Assembly: GCA_951406725.2 (NCBI GenBank) | Contig: OX597816.1 | Span: 127,410,001-127,474,000, forward strand | Direction: 5' to 3' | DNA length: 64,000 nucleotides | DNA from: Octopus vulgaris | Taxonomy: Eukaryota | Shown here: positions 26,720 through 38,660 of the stretch, one piece after another | Position numbering within the stretch: position 1 is the first letter of the stretch | Layout: every line of letters starts with the position of its first letter | Notes under the pieces: model-generated | What the model saw: only the letters and a program-made list of their open reading frames with translations | The model's database searches: none | Told to the model about the DNA's origin: nothing | Position numbers and translations under genes: made by a program

Positions 26720-27290
26720 AGGCAATGACAAGTGACTGAGCCCTTTGGAAATATGCTGTATTGAAGACCTGTGGAACCAAGTGAAATCGTAGTTGTGGCT
26801 AATGCCAGTGCTGCCTGACTGGCAGCCATGCTAGTGATATGTAACAAGCATCATTCAAGCATGAATGATTCTAGTGCCGCCTGACTGGCACTCATGTTGG
26901 TGGCATGTAAAAATCACCATTCAAGCATGGCTAATGCCAGTGCTACCTGACTGGCTCCCATGCTGGTGACATGTAAAAAGCACCCACTACACTCACAGAG
27001 TGGTTGGCTTTAGGAAGGGCATCCAGCTGTAAAAACCTTGCCAAATCAGATTGGAGCCTGATGCAACCTTTCAGCTTGCCATTCCTCAATCAAATTGTCC
27101 AACCCATGCCAACATGGAAAGCGGTTGTTAAACAACGATGATGATGATGTATGTATGCATATTACTGTATCATCATCCAAATCAGATTGGAACCTGGTGC
27201 AGTCTCCTGGCTTGCCAGTTCTCAGTCCAGCTATCTAACCCATGCCAGCATAGAAAGCAGACGTTAAACATCAATGATGATGATGTATGT
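26720..27290 (+). mobile_element. Repeat family D with ~60-70-bp internal subrepeats and a duplicated tail
   Basis: Three GCCAGTGCTGCCTGACTGGC...CATTCAAGCATG-like units, then CACCCACTACACTC...GGAAGGGCATCCAGCTGT...CCCATGCCAACATGGAAAG...(GAT)n. The tail is repeated at 27175-27285. Confidence 0.8.
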
Positions 27291-27879
27291 TTGTTTGTAT
27301 GTATATTACAGAATCATCATACATCACAAAACTTACTGAATGAAAAAGGCTATACTCATTGATATGTCTTAGACGACATGCTGTTACACACACACACACA
27401 CACATTCTACAACATGTACAACATGCAATACAAAATTATTTGTAATTCAATATTTATTTAGATACTGTAATACAGTAAATTTTTATTTTTATAGTTCCTT
27501 ATTAAATACAATGGCTAATATCCTAAGTGGTAATAATCTGGACTATCTTGATTTAAATGTTATGTAGGATGATACAATTTTTTTTAGTTCCATAACACTG
27601 TTTTTTTACCATTAGTTTTATGTGGCTGTATTTTTCAAGTGTTTTCATTGCATACAAGGATAATTTTGTGTGTGAAGTGTTGAGATTTTCTTCATGTAAT
27701 GATGTGACACTGAGAAGTGAAATAGCAGCATTACTTTCTGTTTTTCCTGGAATTGTCATTATTATTCTTTGATTGTATCTATGTCAGTATTATATTGAAA
27801 AATATTTACCCTTTTAAAGTCCTGCTCCTTTCAGGGTAATGTTGTTACTTTCAAATTTTCTCCAAATTCGCCAAACTTT

Positions 27880-30580
27880 TTGAAATATATGTTGAGCAAC
27901 TATTACTATGTTAAATTTGCATTGTTTGACTTATAAACTGTGATTTCAAAGAATAGGTATTTAACTGTAGACACATTTCACCTTTCAAATACTGACATCT
28001 AACAAATCTGGTTCATCTACTGCCCATGATAAGTAGCAAACACACATGTGTACCGGGATTCCTATCGTCTCGCATAATCCTACTGTTAGGAATTAACATA
28101 ACAATATTAGACATTTAGAGAATATCTTCTCTTACGTTTGCCAGACATCAAAGAGCATTTAGAACAAATGTCAAAAAATTAAGTCATCTGTAAGTAAATC
28201 AAAACCTAGTAATTAACAGCACAGAATATAACAAAGGAAGCAGTCATTGTTTATCATTAAAACATATAATCAGTAAAGTAGGCAGGCATTCTATTGTTCT
28301 TTTTGGTCTGTTAGGAATGTTTACTGAAATTGTAATGAATTGATTTGTCATCATTTGTTTCCAAGATTATATTATTATTCTATGAGTTGTAAGTTGCATT
28401 TACTTAAATAAGAGAACAGCTTATTGAAAGATTTTCAATTTTCCTCAAAGCTGTCTTGGGCTTCAGATTCAAGGGTTTGAAGAAAATGGCTTAGTGAGAC
28501 TGTAGCATATCTCTCAGTATCAAACTGAATTGGGATGTAATGGTATGAGAGAATGTCAGTCAATGGTATCTGTCATCTTTGAAACTAATGGATCTTTTCT
28601 AATTGCTAAACTATTTTTATGATAATTCATTAGGCCATTCCTGTGGTTAATGAGGTGTAAAGTAGCTTTGAGTTGATTATATCTTTAAAGCTATAGAACA
28701 GAATGATCCAATATTTATTAAAGCTAGAGGGTATCCACCATTCCATGAATTTAACATTTTGTTTGCATTAGGTGAAACTGAGTTGTTTTACATATCAATA
28801 GAATGTAGCATTCATTTTGTTCAGAAGAAATCATTCTAATCATCTGAACATTCCATCAACTTAAAATTTCCAAATTCAGAGCTTTTAAATTGAATACCAT
28901 GGTTACAGTGAATAAATCATAAAATACCAAAAAGGAGAATATTGAGGAGAAGCATTGAAAACTTGAGAAGTTGCTTTTCTTAAGGCAAATGGGAAAAGGT
29001 TAATGCATAAACTCATCGAGTAATGCCAAAATGTAAGAGCTGCCCATTTTAATATTTGGTTTTGGTTCTAGAGTATCAAGTGAAAGTTACTGCCAATCTC
29101 TTTTTTCAAGTGTATAAGTTAGCTAGTTGTAATTTTGATGAGTCAGTCTGCAAATACTCAACATCTTGAATGTTTGTTAAATACGTTAGTAATGCATTTC
29201 GGATCAACATATGCAGATGAAACATTCAAAGGTTGAAGATTGCCCTTAAATGCAATCTTAAGTAGCCAAAATTATCAGAATTAAAGCATTCTAAAGATAA
29301 TGAAATCTATTGTATATAGAATATAAGAGTAATTTCATTGTTTTTACAATTACGTTAACTTTGTTTTTGTCAATCGATCTTGCCTTTCTATATGACTTGG
29401 AGAAAGGTTTAATACCAAACTATTTTTCAATATTTTTACTAATTAATGGCAATTTAGTAACATTATGAGTTAGGTACCACTGATTGTGCACATTTACAGT
29501 TCTCAGTAGCAGTTGTTTGGCAGATGATTATGTTGATGATATTAGCTTTGTAAAATGTTTTTGACATAATTTTGCAAAAGGTTTTCGACATATCTGTAAA
29601 ATGTTCTGTTATCTTACATTTAAGAGATTGTTTATCAACAGCAAGACATTCTTTATTGTTGTGTAGAGCTTTTGATCCACATCAAAAGTAAGTTTTAACC
29701 TAAATGGAAGTTTGTTTCCCATAGAAGCAGCATATTGTTTATGGTTATTTGTTATATTGTCCACCACACTAAAACTGGACTCTCCCATCTCAACTATAGA
29801 AATGACATTCTAAAATACAATGGTTTTCTCAGCTTTATGAAGCAAAGCAAAGATAAAATAAACTGCTTTTTGATCACTTACCATGTCTAGACTTCAGCAA
29901 GATACCATCTCTAATAACCTTTCTTACAAATAATATAGGAAATTTTTTTATGTGCAAGAATAGTGATGAAGTATGAATAGGTTGTCCATACTGCACAATA
30001 AAATAGTCTTTTTCATTCATTGAGTGTATTTTCCCTGCTAATAAATTTAGATACAATTACATATTTTACTCTTGAACCAAATGATATGACACCATCTTCC
30101 TCTTTTGCAATTTCAGATCACTGTTTTCCTGTTGCTATATCTGTCAGTCTTAATAGAAATAGATATAAATCCATTTTATCATATTCATTTGGTTTCATAT
30201 GTCTAAAATATTTTTCAAACTGAATAATAAATTATCAAATGATTCTTCAGAATTATCCTTTAACATAAGGGAGTTGATTTGTATTGTTAACATATTTGTT
30301 AATAGCAACTTATGAAATAGGAAAATTATTGTTATCCATTGGATATCAATGTTCAGTATCCAAACTAAAAGTGTATTTCATACTTCAAATGTTGTCAACT
30401 AATGAAGTTGTTTCATCCACTTTTCATAATAAATGGTAAACACACATTGTAACTTCACATAATTCTTCTAACAGTAATTAACATAACAGTATGAGGCAAT
30501 TACAGAATTTCCAATATTACATTGGAAGTCACTTCGTGACTATCACATCTTTTCTGTTATATTATAACAAAGAGCAATTT
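27880..30580 (-). mobile_element. Decayed Gypsy-like LTR retrotransposon (gag zinc knuckles + rve integrase, diverged LTR-like direct repeats, RT largely missing)
   Basis: Hand translation of the minus strand gives YF*CGSKALHNNKECLAVDKQSLKCKITEHFTDM (~29590-29690), DWQ*LSLDTLEPKP...SYILALLDEFMH*PF...F/GIL*FIHCNHGIQFKSSEF (~28865-29098) and KDPLV...IQFDTERYATVSL (~28490-28600). Direct repeats at ~27880-28165 and ~30290-30580. Confidence 0.75.
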
Positions 30581-30906
30581 ACCGAGTACATTTATTTGTA
30601 AGACAGTAGGGTAAACTTTGAAAGAGATGTAGCTGTTAATTCTAACAGGTTGAAGGACTGCATACAGGTTCTTTCATTTACAAATCAACAGAATATTAAA
30701 CAGTTTGAGGAAAATATGTCATGACTTTGTAGTACAAAGTTATCCATTAAAGCAGTTAGAAAGTACCAGATACCATCAAGCACAAAATATCAGAAAACAT
30801 GTCCATATTATGTTAACATACAAAGAAGAAACTGAAAAGAAAGAGGATGAGAACATGACAATGATAATTATTATGACTCAAATAAATCATGCTTAGTGTA
30901 GATCTA

Positions 30907-32190
30907 TCAGGTCATCCCATAAGTTCTGTCTGATTTTCCCTTTTTTAAATTGAATGAAATTTAATAGTATTTTAGAATGTCTAATGGAATAAAAAAAAAT
31001 TTATGCATTTGTGTACATTTAAACTAATTAAATATTATTTTACAGAATAATAGAATTAAAATTTCTTTGATTAAAACCCTTTCTAACATGGAAGTATCCA
31101 AAGAGCATTTAAGGCTCATAATGCTTTATGAGTACATAAAAGGAAACTCTGCAACTGAAGCAATTCGAAACACACACTCAGTTTATTGGAAAGAATGCTT
31201 GAATGAAAGAACTTGCAGAAAATGGTTTGCAAAATTCAAAAGTGGTGATTTCAGCCTTGAAAATGAAGATTGGACAGGACGTCCAGTTGAGTTTGATGAT
31301 AAGCTCCTTGAGGAATTACTTCAAGAAAATCCTGCATTATCAGTTGAAGAATTGGCAATAAAGCTTAGTTCAAACCATACAACTGTTCATTGTCATCTTC
31401 AACAACTTGGAAAGGTTCCTAAACTTGGAAACTGGGTGCCTCATGAATTGTCCGAAAGCAACTGCAAATCCCGAGTTGACATCTACTCTTCCCTCCATTT
31501 CCATAAACTCATTTCACCCTTTTTGGACAGACTTGTGACTGGTGACGAAAAATGGATCTTCTATCGAAATGTTAAATGTCGTAAACAGTGGCTTAGTAAA
31601 AGGGAAAAGGCTCAGGCACAACCGAGAAGGGAACTTCATGGAAAAAAGGTTCTTCTCTCTATCTGGTGGGATTACAAATGAGTGATTCACTTTGAATTGT
31701 TACCACCTAATGCAACAATCAATGCTTAAGTCTACTTTCAGCAATTAGAGTTTTTGAACCAAGCTTTGAAGAAAAAAGACCCGCTTTAGTGAATCAAAAA
31801 GCAGTGATGTTTCATCAGGACAATGCACGACCTCATACGGCAAAGATCACATCACAGAAGATCGAAGAGCTTTGTTGGGAAAAAATTGCTCATCCACCTT
31901 ATTGTCCCAACCTTGCTCTTTCAGACTACCATTTGTTTTGTAGTTTACAGAATCATTTGGAGAACATAACTTTCGCAAGCCAGGAGGTGGTTGAAACTGA
32001 CATTTCAGAGTTCTTTGCATTGAAGCCAAAAGAGTTTTACATAGATAGGATTAAAAAGCTTGTAAATAGATGGAAGGAAGTCATAGATAATCAGGAAAAG
32101 TACATTGATGATTAAATTTCAATTAAATATAACATTTGATCACTTGTTTTCTTTATTCAAAATTCGGACAGAACTTATGGGATGACCTGA
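30907..32190 (+). mobile_element. Full-length mariner (DD34D) transposon, 1284 bp
   Basis: TIRs TCAGGTCATCCCATAAGTTCTGTC / GACAGAACTTATGGGATGACCTGA. TA at 30905-30906 and 32191-32192. Confidence 0.97.
31088..32115 (+). pseudogene. Mariner transposase pseudogene (stops/frameshift near 31680-31790)
   Basis: MEVSKEHLR..., WVPHEL, VTGDEKW, HQDNARPH and HPPYCPNLALSDYHLF motifs across two ORFs. Confidence 0.95.
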
Positions 32191-33935
32191 TATTTTTATC
32201 CCTTCTTGAATCTCTATTTTACAAGGCATTAAGGAGAGATGGACTTCATCCAGTATAGGCTGCCAATTTGTTTCCAGTAGATTATTGTGCTCTAGGAATT
32301 GAATTGAGGTATTAGAATACTCATACGTTCCATATTGATGCTACTTCTTACTAGTGAAAATTACACTAGATGTAGGTAGACTTGAACATAGAGAATTAAG
32401 TATCCTGTTCACAAACATCATGCAGTACCATTGACAGGACATGAAATGTCAGTCTGGTTATCCAAATCAGTCGTGGTGTCTACCAAATCAGCTGATGTAT
32501 GGTTGGATATAATTCTCATTGAGCAAAGTTTGATGGCTAGTTTGAGTTCTTCACTGAAGTTTTATTATTTCCTTGAGTAACAATCTCATTTAATTTTAAA
32601 TTATATCACAAAGATTTCAATAATGCACAGCCTTCAATTTTTGAATCTTGAATTTTTCTGTTTAGTAAATAAAACATGATGTCTCACAGTACATAGATGG
32701 TGATCAGAAATAGAAAAACAGGAAATAACCTTAATAATTATTTTTAATTTAGACACAAAACAAGCGGTTATGAAGGAAGGGATTTAGTTGATTGTCACTT
32801 GAACTTCATTGGTACTTTATTTTATCAACCCTGGAGGGTTAAAAAATAAAGTTGATTTCAACAAAATAGTAATCAAAATGTCAAGAGCCAGAAAAATACT
32901 GTATGGTATTTTTACTGGAACTTTAACAGTTCTACAACTTCATACTTTGAATTATAACCAAATGGGGAATTTTCTCTATAAACTCTGACAAATTTTAGTG
33001 ATTATTACTATTATATTTATGAATGTCCTCTTATTTATGTGGCTGCTTAAAGAAATCTGTTAAAGATATAGCAGCTAATAGTTTGAATTTTAGAAAAAGG
33101 ATGGATTTATTCAGATGCATTAAAAATAAGTCAATAATTATTAAATTCAGATATGAATTACAAACTGATATTTAGTAAGAGTGATGTTTTAGAAATTTAA
33201 ACCAATATGATAACACATATCTATGGTTTTATAATTGTTAATTGCATTTAAATTCAATCTCAGTAACTGTGCGTCTGTGCAAATCTTCTACTTATTAATA
33301 ATTCTTTTTTTTTTTAAATTAACACTAGCTTTTCTTCAGACAAATATTTTATAGCATGATATATGTGTTAACATTTAACATTCAACTGTGAAATAGAACT
33401 GGCATCTATTTGACATGCAACCAGAATAAAACACAGTTATTTTCCAGGTGTATATTCAAACTACTATTCTCAACATGTCTATGTAGAAGCTCAAAACAGT
33501 TGTGTTTTATGAAAAAGTTTAATATTGATTTCTAACATAAGCACAAAACTACATGATGAGATCACCTTCAGTGTTTGACTGGTAGCTATTTCATTGATTC
33601 TCAGAAGAATGAAAAGCAGCATCAACCCTCACATCTTTTGTACTCAGAATGTAAAAGTATGCCACTTAAACTTGGATTGTCTATTATATGTTTCCTTGAG
33701 TGGACAGCAAGGCCTACTTTGCTTCATACAACAAAAACCACAGTGACAGGTAAGGTTTCCATTGAAAGGAGCAGCATTTTGCCAGCATACCCTCATGCTT
33801 GCACGAAGTTGGTCTCAACATTGAAGGTGACTTTGCTAAAATCTGTGAATTGAGAAATAGGACCAGTGCCAGGTCCTTCCTTATGATGCTTTGTTTTCTT
33901 CGGAACAAAACATTTATATATATATATATATATAA

Positions 33936-34460
33936 AATAAGTGGAAAATTGTGTAGTAAATGCACAAATGAAAAACATATAATGAATGCGCAGACGAATA
34001 GAAATAAACATATATTCAATGCACAAATGGACAGAAAACAAAAACAGTTATCAACCACATGGTATCAACCAGATGGTATTACTCAGTTATCAACCAGATG
34101 GTTTTACTCAGTTTTGCAGCATTAATGAAAAGACTGAGATGCTTCCCATGCTTGTGGTGCCCATTAAAGTTGCAGAGAATATTGGACTGAGAACAAAGTA
34201 GACATATGAAAGGGAATAAATGTAATTTAAGATGATGAACACAGCTTTCGCCAGCACCACCAACATGGGAAGCACCTCAGTCTTTTCATTAATGGTGCAA
34301 GACTGAGTAATACCATATGGTTGATAACTGATGAAAAATTAGGGATCTTCTATTTTTGTTTTCCATCCATTTGTGCACTCAGTATATGTTTTTCCTTTCG
34401 TCTATGCATTCATTATACATTGTTTCATTTGTGCATTTACTATACATTTTTTCACTTATT
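33936..34460. repeat. Long foldback element (arms ~33936-34160 and 34254-34460)
   Basis: CATTAATGAAAAGACTGAG / CTCAGTCTTTTCATTAATG and GTAAATGCACAAATGAAA / TTTCATTTGTGCATTTAC. Confidence 0.9.
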
Positions 34461-34527
34461 AAGTAACAGAACTCAACACACTCTCGTTTTTATTAACAGT
34501 AAGTTATTGGTCGTGATTTAGCATATT

Positions 34528-34692
34528 GGAGTGGCTGTGTGGTAAGTAGCTTGCTTATGAACCACATGGTTCGCGGTTCAGTCCTACTGCATAGCACTTT
34601 GGGCAAGTGTCTTCTACTATAGCCTCAGGCCAACCAAAGCCTTGTGAGTGGATTTGGTAGACGAAAACTTAAAGAAGCCCCTCGTATATATG

Positions 34693-34723
<31 letters not shown>

Positions 34724-34760
34724 ATGTTTGTGTTTCTGTGTTTATCCTCCCAACATCACT
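34528..34760 (+). mobile_element. SINE family A, 5' part
   Basis: GGAGTGGCTGTGTGGTAAGTAGC...GGTTCAGTCC head. Confidence 0.85.
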
Positions 34761-34945
34761 AGACAATGTATATATATATATATATATAAATGTTTATTTT
34801 ACTGTCAATTTGTAATAAAAACAATTAAATATTAAATGAAGAGTAACTCAATAATTTGGGGCTAGAGTCATCACTGGATTGTGACGGTTAGTGTGCTGAA
34901 ACTTCAAAGTAACAGTGATCCCCATATTTTAAAAGTATAACATAT

Positions 34946-35035
<90 letters not shown>

Positions 35036-35061
35036 ATAGCAAGGGAGAGACAGAGAGTAGT

Positions 35062-35418
35062 TATTGGTTATGGGCGGTCAGAAAGTTACCATTAGGTTCA
35101 TGTCTATTTTCGCTCTTAGTAATATTCGTGACTCATAGGCCTGTTGCCAGAGGCACATAACCTCTTTACTAATGGAGGTAAGAATAGTCTTGATCAGCAA
35201 TGGTTATGAAAAAAAATCCCAGAAACAAAATTTTTCAAAGCAACAACCCCTTCTGGGTGAGATGGAATTATCTCCCTTTCACCAGTTCCTGTATTCTTAC
35301 CTTCATTAGTAAAGAGGTTATGTGCCTCTGGCCAGCAGGTCTATCGAGTCACCTATGTTGCTAAAAGCAATAATAGATATGATGCCAATGGTAACTTTCT
35401 AACTAGCCAAAACCAATA
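35062..35418. repeat. Foldback element (arms 35062-35186 and 35292-35418)
   Basis: GCCAGAGGCACATAACCTCTTTACTAATG / CATTAGTAAAGAGGTTATGTGCCTCTGGC is a perfect core, with extended flanks. Confidence 0.92.
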
Positions 35419-35619
35419 CTTGAATGCTTTTAATATTACTGCTCAAAGAAATTTTAGAATGTACCTTTTTTCTTTGGACTTATAACTGATTGTATATCAT
35501 CATCATATATAATTTATAAAACTTAGATTGGTTTCAGCCATTATCAACCCAGGCCATGACAAACTCAATAGCACATCCTGGATAAGACTTTTAGATGATT
35601 ATTTTGATATATATATATA

Positions 35620-35830
35620 CTAGTGACATCTGTGGAAATTCCACAGAATGAAAAAAATTAGGAAACGCTATTTAAGAAAGAAAGGATTTGCATTATTATT
35701 TTTATCTTGCTAAGTTATTTCACTTCCATTCACAATAATATATTATATGATTTTAAAATTTACCTCTGCTAAGCACTTTATATTTTTCTCTTTCTCTCCA
35801 CCTCTTCAACAAACCTTTTAAACATCATCA
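35620..35830 (-). mobile_element. Possible Helitron 3'-end fragment
   Basis: CTAG at 35620-35623 with the hairpin CTGTGGAA..TTCCACAG (35630-35647) next to it, inside a TA tract. The 5' end is not identified. Confidence 0.45.
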
Positions 35831-35888
35831 TCATTTATATATATATATATACATGTGTGTGTATGTGTCCATGTGTGTGTGTGTGTAT

Positions 35889-36030
35889 GCTGTGTGGTAA
35901 GTAGCTTGCTTACCATCCACATGGTTCCAGGTTCAGTCCCACTGCATGGCACCTTGGGCAAGTATCTTCTACTATAGCCTCAGCCTTTTAAGTAGATTTG
36001 GTAGATGGAAACTGAAAGAAGCCCGTTGTA
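35889..36030 (+). mobile_element. SINE family A head, truncated by a family D insertion
   Basis: GCTGTGTGGTAAGTAGC...GGTTCAGTCCCACTG...GAAAGAAGCCCG. Confidence 0.8.
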
Positions 36031-36031
36031 T

Positions 36032-37810
36032 CATCATCATCATCATCATCATTTAGCGTCCGTTTTCCATGCTAGCATGGGTTGGACGGTTCAACTGGGG
36101 TCTGGGGAGCCCGAAGGCTGCACCAGGCCAGTCAGATCTGGCAGTGTTTCTACAGCTGGATGCCCTTCCTAACGCCAACCACTCCGAGAGTGTAGTGGGT
36201 GATTTTATGTGCCACCGACACAGGTGCCAGACGAGGCTGGCGAACGGCCACGCTCGGATGGTGTTTTTATGTGCCACCGACACAGGTGCCAGACGAGGCT
36301 GGCAGACGGCCACGCTCGGTTGGTGTTTTTATGTGCCACCGACACAGGTGCCAGATGAGGCTGGCGGACGGCCACGATTGGATGGTGTTTGTTACGTCCC
36401 CAAAGCACGGAGGCCAGTCTATGCGGTACTGGCTACGGCCACGTTCGGATGATTTTCTTGTGTGCCACCGGCACTGGTCCACAAAGATACAAATTCCATT
36501 GATGTTCATCTATTTTGATTTGTTTTGATTTGATTTGATTTTCACTTGCCTCAACAGGTCTTCACAAGTGTCACAAGAAGGAAGGTATGCACAGGTGGAC
36601 TGACTACGTCCCAGGTAGGGGCCACGGGTTATGGCCTGACTAGTCTTGCCGGGTCTTCGGATGGTGTTTTTATGTGCCACCGACACAGGTGCCAGATGAG
36701 GCTGGCGAACGGCCACGATCGGATGGTGTTTGTTGCGTGCCCACAGCACGGAGGCCAGTCGATGCGGTACTGGCTACGGCCACGTTCGGATGGTTTTCTT
36801 GTGTGCCACTGGCACTGGTACCACAAGATACAAATTCCATTGATGTTCATCTATTTTGATTTGATTTGATTTGATTTTCACTTGCCTCAACAGGTCTTCA
36901 CAAGTGTCACAAGAAGGAAGGAAGGTATGCACAGGTGGACTGACTACGTCCCAAGTAGGGGCCATGGGTTATGGCCTGACTAGTCTTGCCGGGTCTTCGG
37001 TTGGTGTTTTTATGTGCCACCGACACAGGTGCCAGATGAGGCTGGCGGACGGCCACGATCGGATGGTGTTTGTTATGTGCCCACATCACAGAGGCCAGTC
37101 GATGCGGTACTGGCTACGGCCACGTTCGGATGGTTTTCTTGTGTGCCACCGGTACTGGTACCACAAAGATACAAATTCCATTGATGTTCATCTATTTTGA
37201 TTTGGTTTGATTTGATTTGATTTGATTTTGATTTTCACTTGCCTCAACAGGTCTTCACAAGTGTCATAAGTAGGAAGGTATGCACAGGTGGACTGACTAC
37301 GTCGCCGGGTCTTCGGATGGTGTTTTTATGTGCCACCGACACAGGTGCCAGATGAGGCTGGCGAACGGCCACGATCGGATGGTTTTCTTGTGTGCCACCG
37401 GTACTGGAACCACAAAGATACAAATTCCATTGATGTTCATCTATTTTGATTTGGTTTGATTTTCACTTGCCTCAACAGGTCTTCACAAGTTTGGTTTGAT
37501 TTTCACTTGCCTCAACAGGTCTTCACAAGTGTCACACGTGTCACACACTTGCCTCAACACGTCTCCACAAGTGTCACACACTTGCCTCTGCCTCGACAGG
37601 TCTTCACAAAGTGTCACACACTTGCCTCTGCCTCAACAGGTCTTCACAAGTGTCACACACTTGCCTCAACAGGTCTTCACAAGTGTCATAAGAGGGAAGG
37701 TATGCACAGGTGGACTGACTACGTCGCCGGGTCTTCGGATGGTGTTTTTATGTGCCACCGACACAGGTGCCAGATGAGGCTGGCGAACGGCCACGATCAG
37801 ATGGAGTTTG
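36032..37810 (-). repeat. Family D element expanded into a higher-order tandem array (61-bp subunits, ~340-bp units, ~33-39-bp subrepeats)
   Basis: (CAT)n tail at 36032. GGTGTTTTTATGTGCCACCGACACAGGTGCCAGA recurs at ~36260, 36321, 36662, 37002, 37318 and 37740. Visibly GC-richer than its flanks. Confidence 0.9.
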
Positions 37811-37824
37811 CTGTGCCCATATTT

Positions 37825-38044
37825 TCTTTTTTTTCTTACTTGTTTCATTCATTTGACTGTGGCCATGCTGAAGCACCACCTTTAATTGAGCAACTCGACC
37901 CGGGACTTATTCTTTGTGAGCCCAGTACTTATTCTATCAGTCTCTTTTGCTGAACCGCTAAGTGACGGAGACGTAAACACACCAGCATCGGTTGTCAAGC
38001 AATGCTAGGGGGACAAACACAGACACACAAACATACATGCACAT

Positions 38045-38113
<69 letters not shown>

Positions 38114-38283
38114 CATACATATATACGACGGGCTTCTTTCAGTTTCCGTCTACCAAATCCACTCACAAGGCTGTGGTTGGCTCGAGACTATAGCAAAAGA
38201 CACTTGCCCAAGGTGCTACGCAGTGGGACTGAACCTGGAACCATGTGTTTGGTAAACAAGCTACTTACCACACAGCCACTCCA
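37825..38283 (-). mobile_element. SINE family A, full length
   Basis: Reverse complement of head (...CTTACCACACAGCCACTCC) and tail, with internal (CA)n(TA)n. Confidence 0.9.
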
Positions 38284-38299
38284 TGCATATATATATATA

Positions 38300-38497
38300 T
38301 ACATGTGTGTGTCCCCCACCAACATCGATTGACAACCGATACTGGTGTGTTTATGTCCCCATAACTTAGCGGTTCGGCAAAAGAGACTGATATAATAAGT
38401 ACTAGGCTTACAAAGAATAAGTCCTGGGGTCGATGTGCTCGACCAAAGGTGGTGCTCCAGCATGGCCACAGTCAAAATGACTGAAATAAGTAAAAGA
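38300..38497 (+). mobile_element. SINE family A, 3' half
   Basis: GTCCCCCACCAACATC...GGTGGTGCTCCAGCATGGCCACAGTCAAAATGACTGAAA. Confidence 0.85.
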
Positions 38498-38660
38498 GAT
38501 GTGGTATATACATTTACTATTTATTTGAAAATAGTAAGTCATGCATTTCAGCTGCAGAGAAAGCAAAGTGTGGCCATTTTGCATTATATGCAAGATATTA
38601 TCAATAAATACAGCAATCAACCTGTAAACTTTCATTAACCAAAACCTATATATATATATA

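Noticed and set aside
27500-28600. Gmr1- or Copia-like order (integrase upstream of RT) to explain the gag-INT proximity
   Set aside because: No RT motifs were seen downstream of the integrase, and the LTR-like repeat follows within ~300 bp.
35270-35310. SECIS-like ATGA...AA...GA on the minus strand
   Set aside because: No helix II pairing between the ATGA and GA, and no associated ORF.
37465-37690. ~33-bp direct repeats that look like a CRISPR array
   Set aside because: The units are head-to-tail with no unique spacers, there are no cas genes, and the context is a eukaryotic retroposon.
36053-37953. Numerous GC-rich ORFs on both strands
   Set aside because: Products of a tandem repeat that is open in several frames, with no domain motifs.
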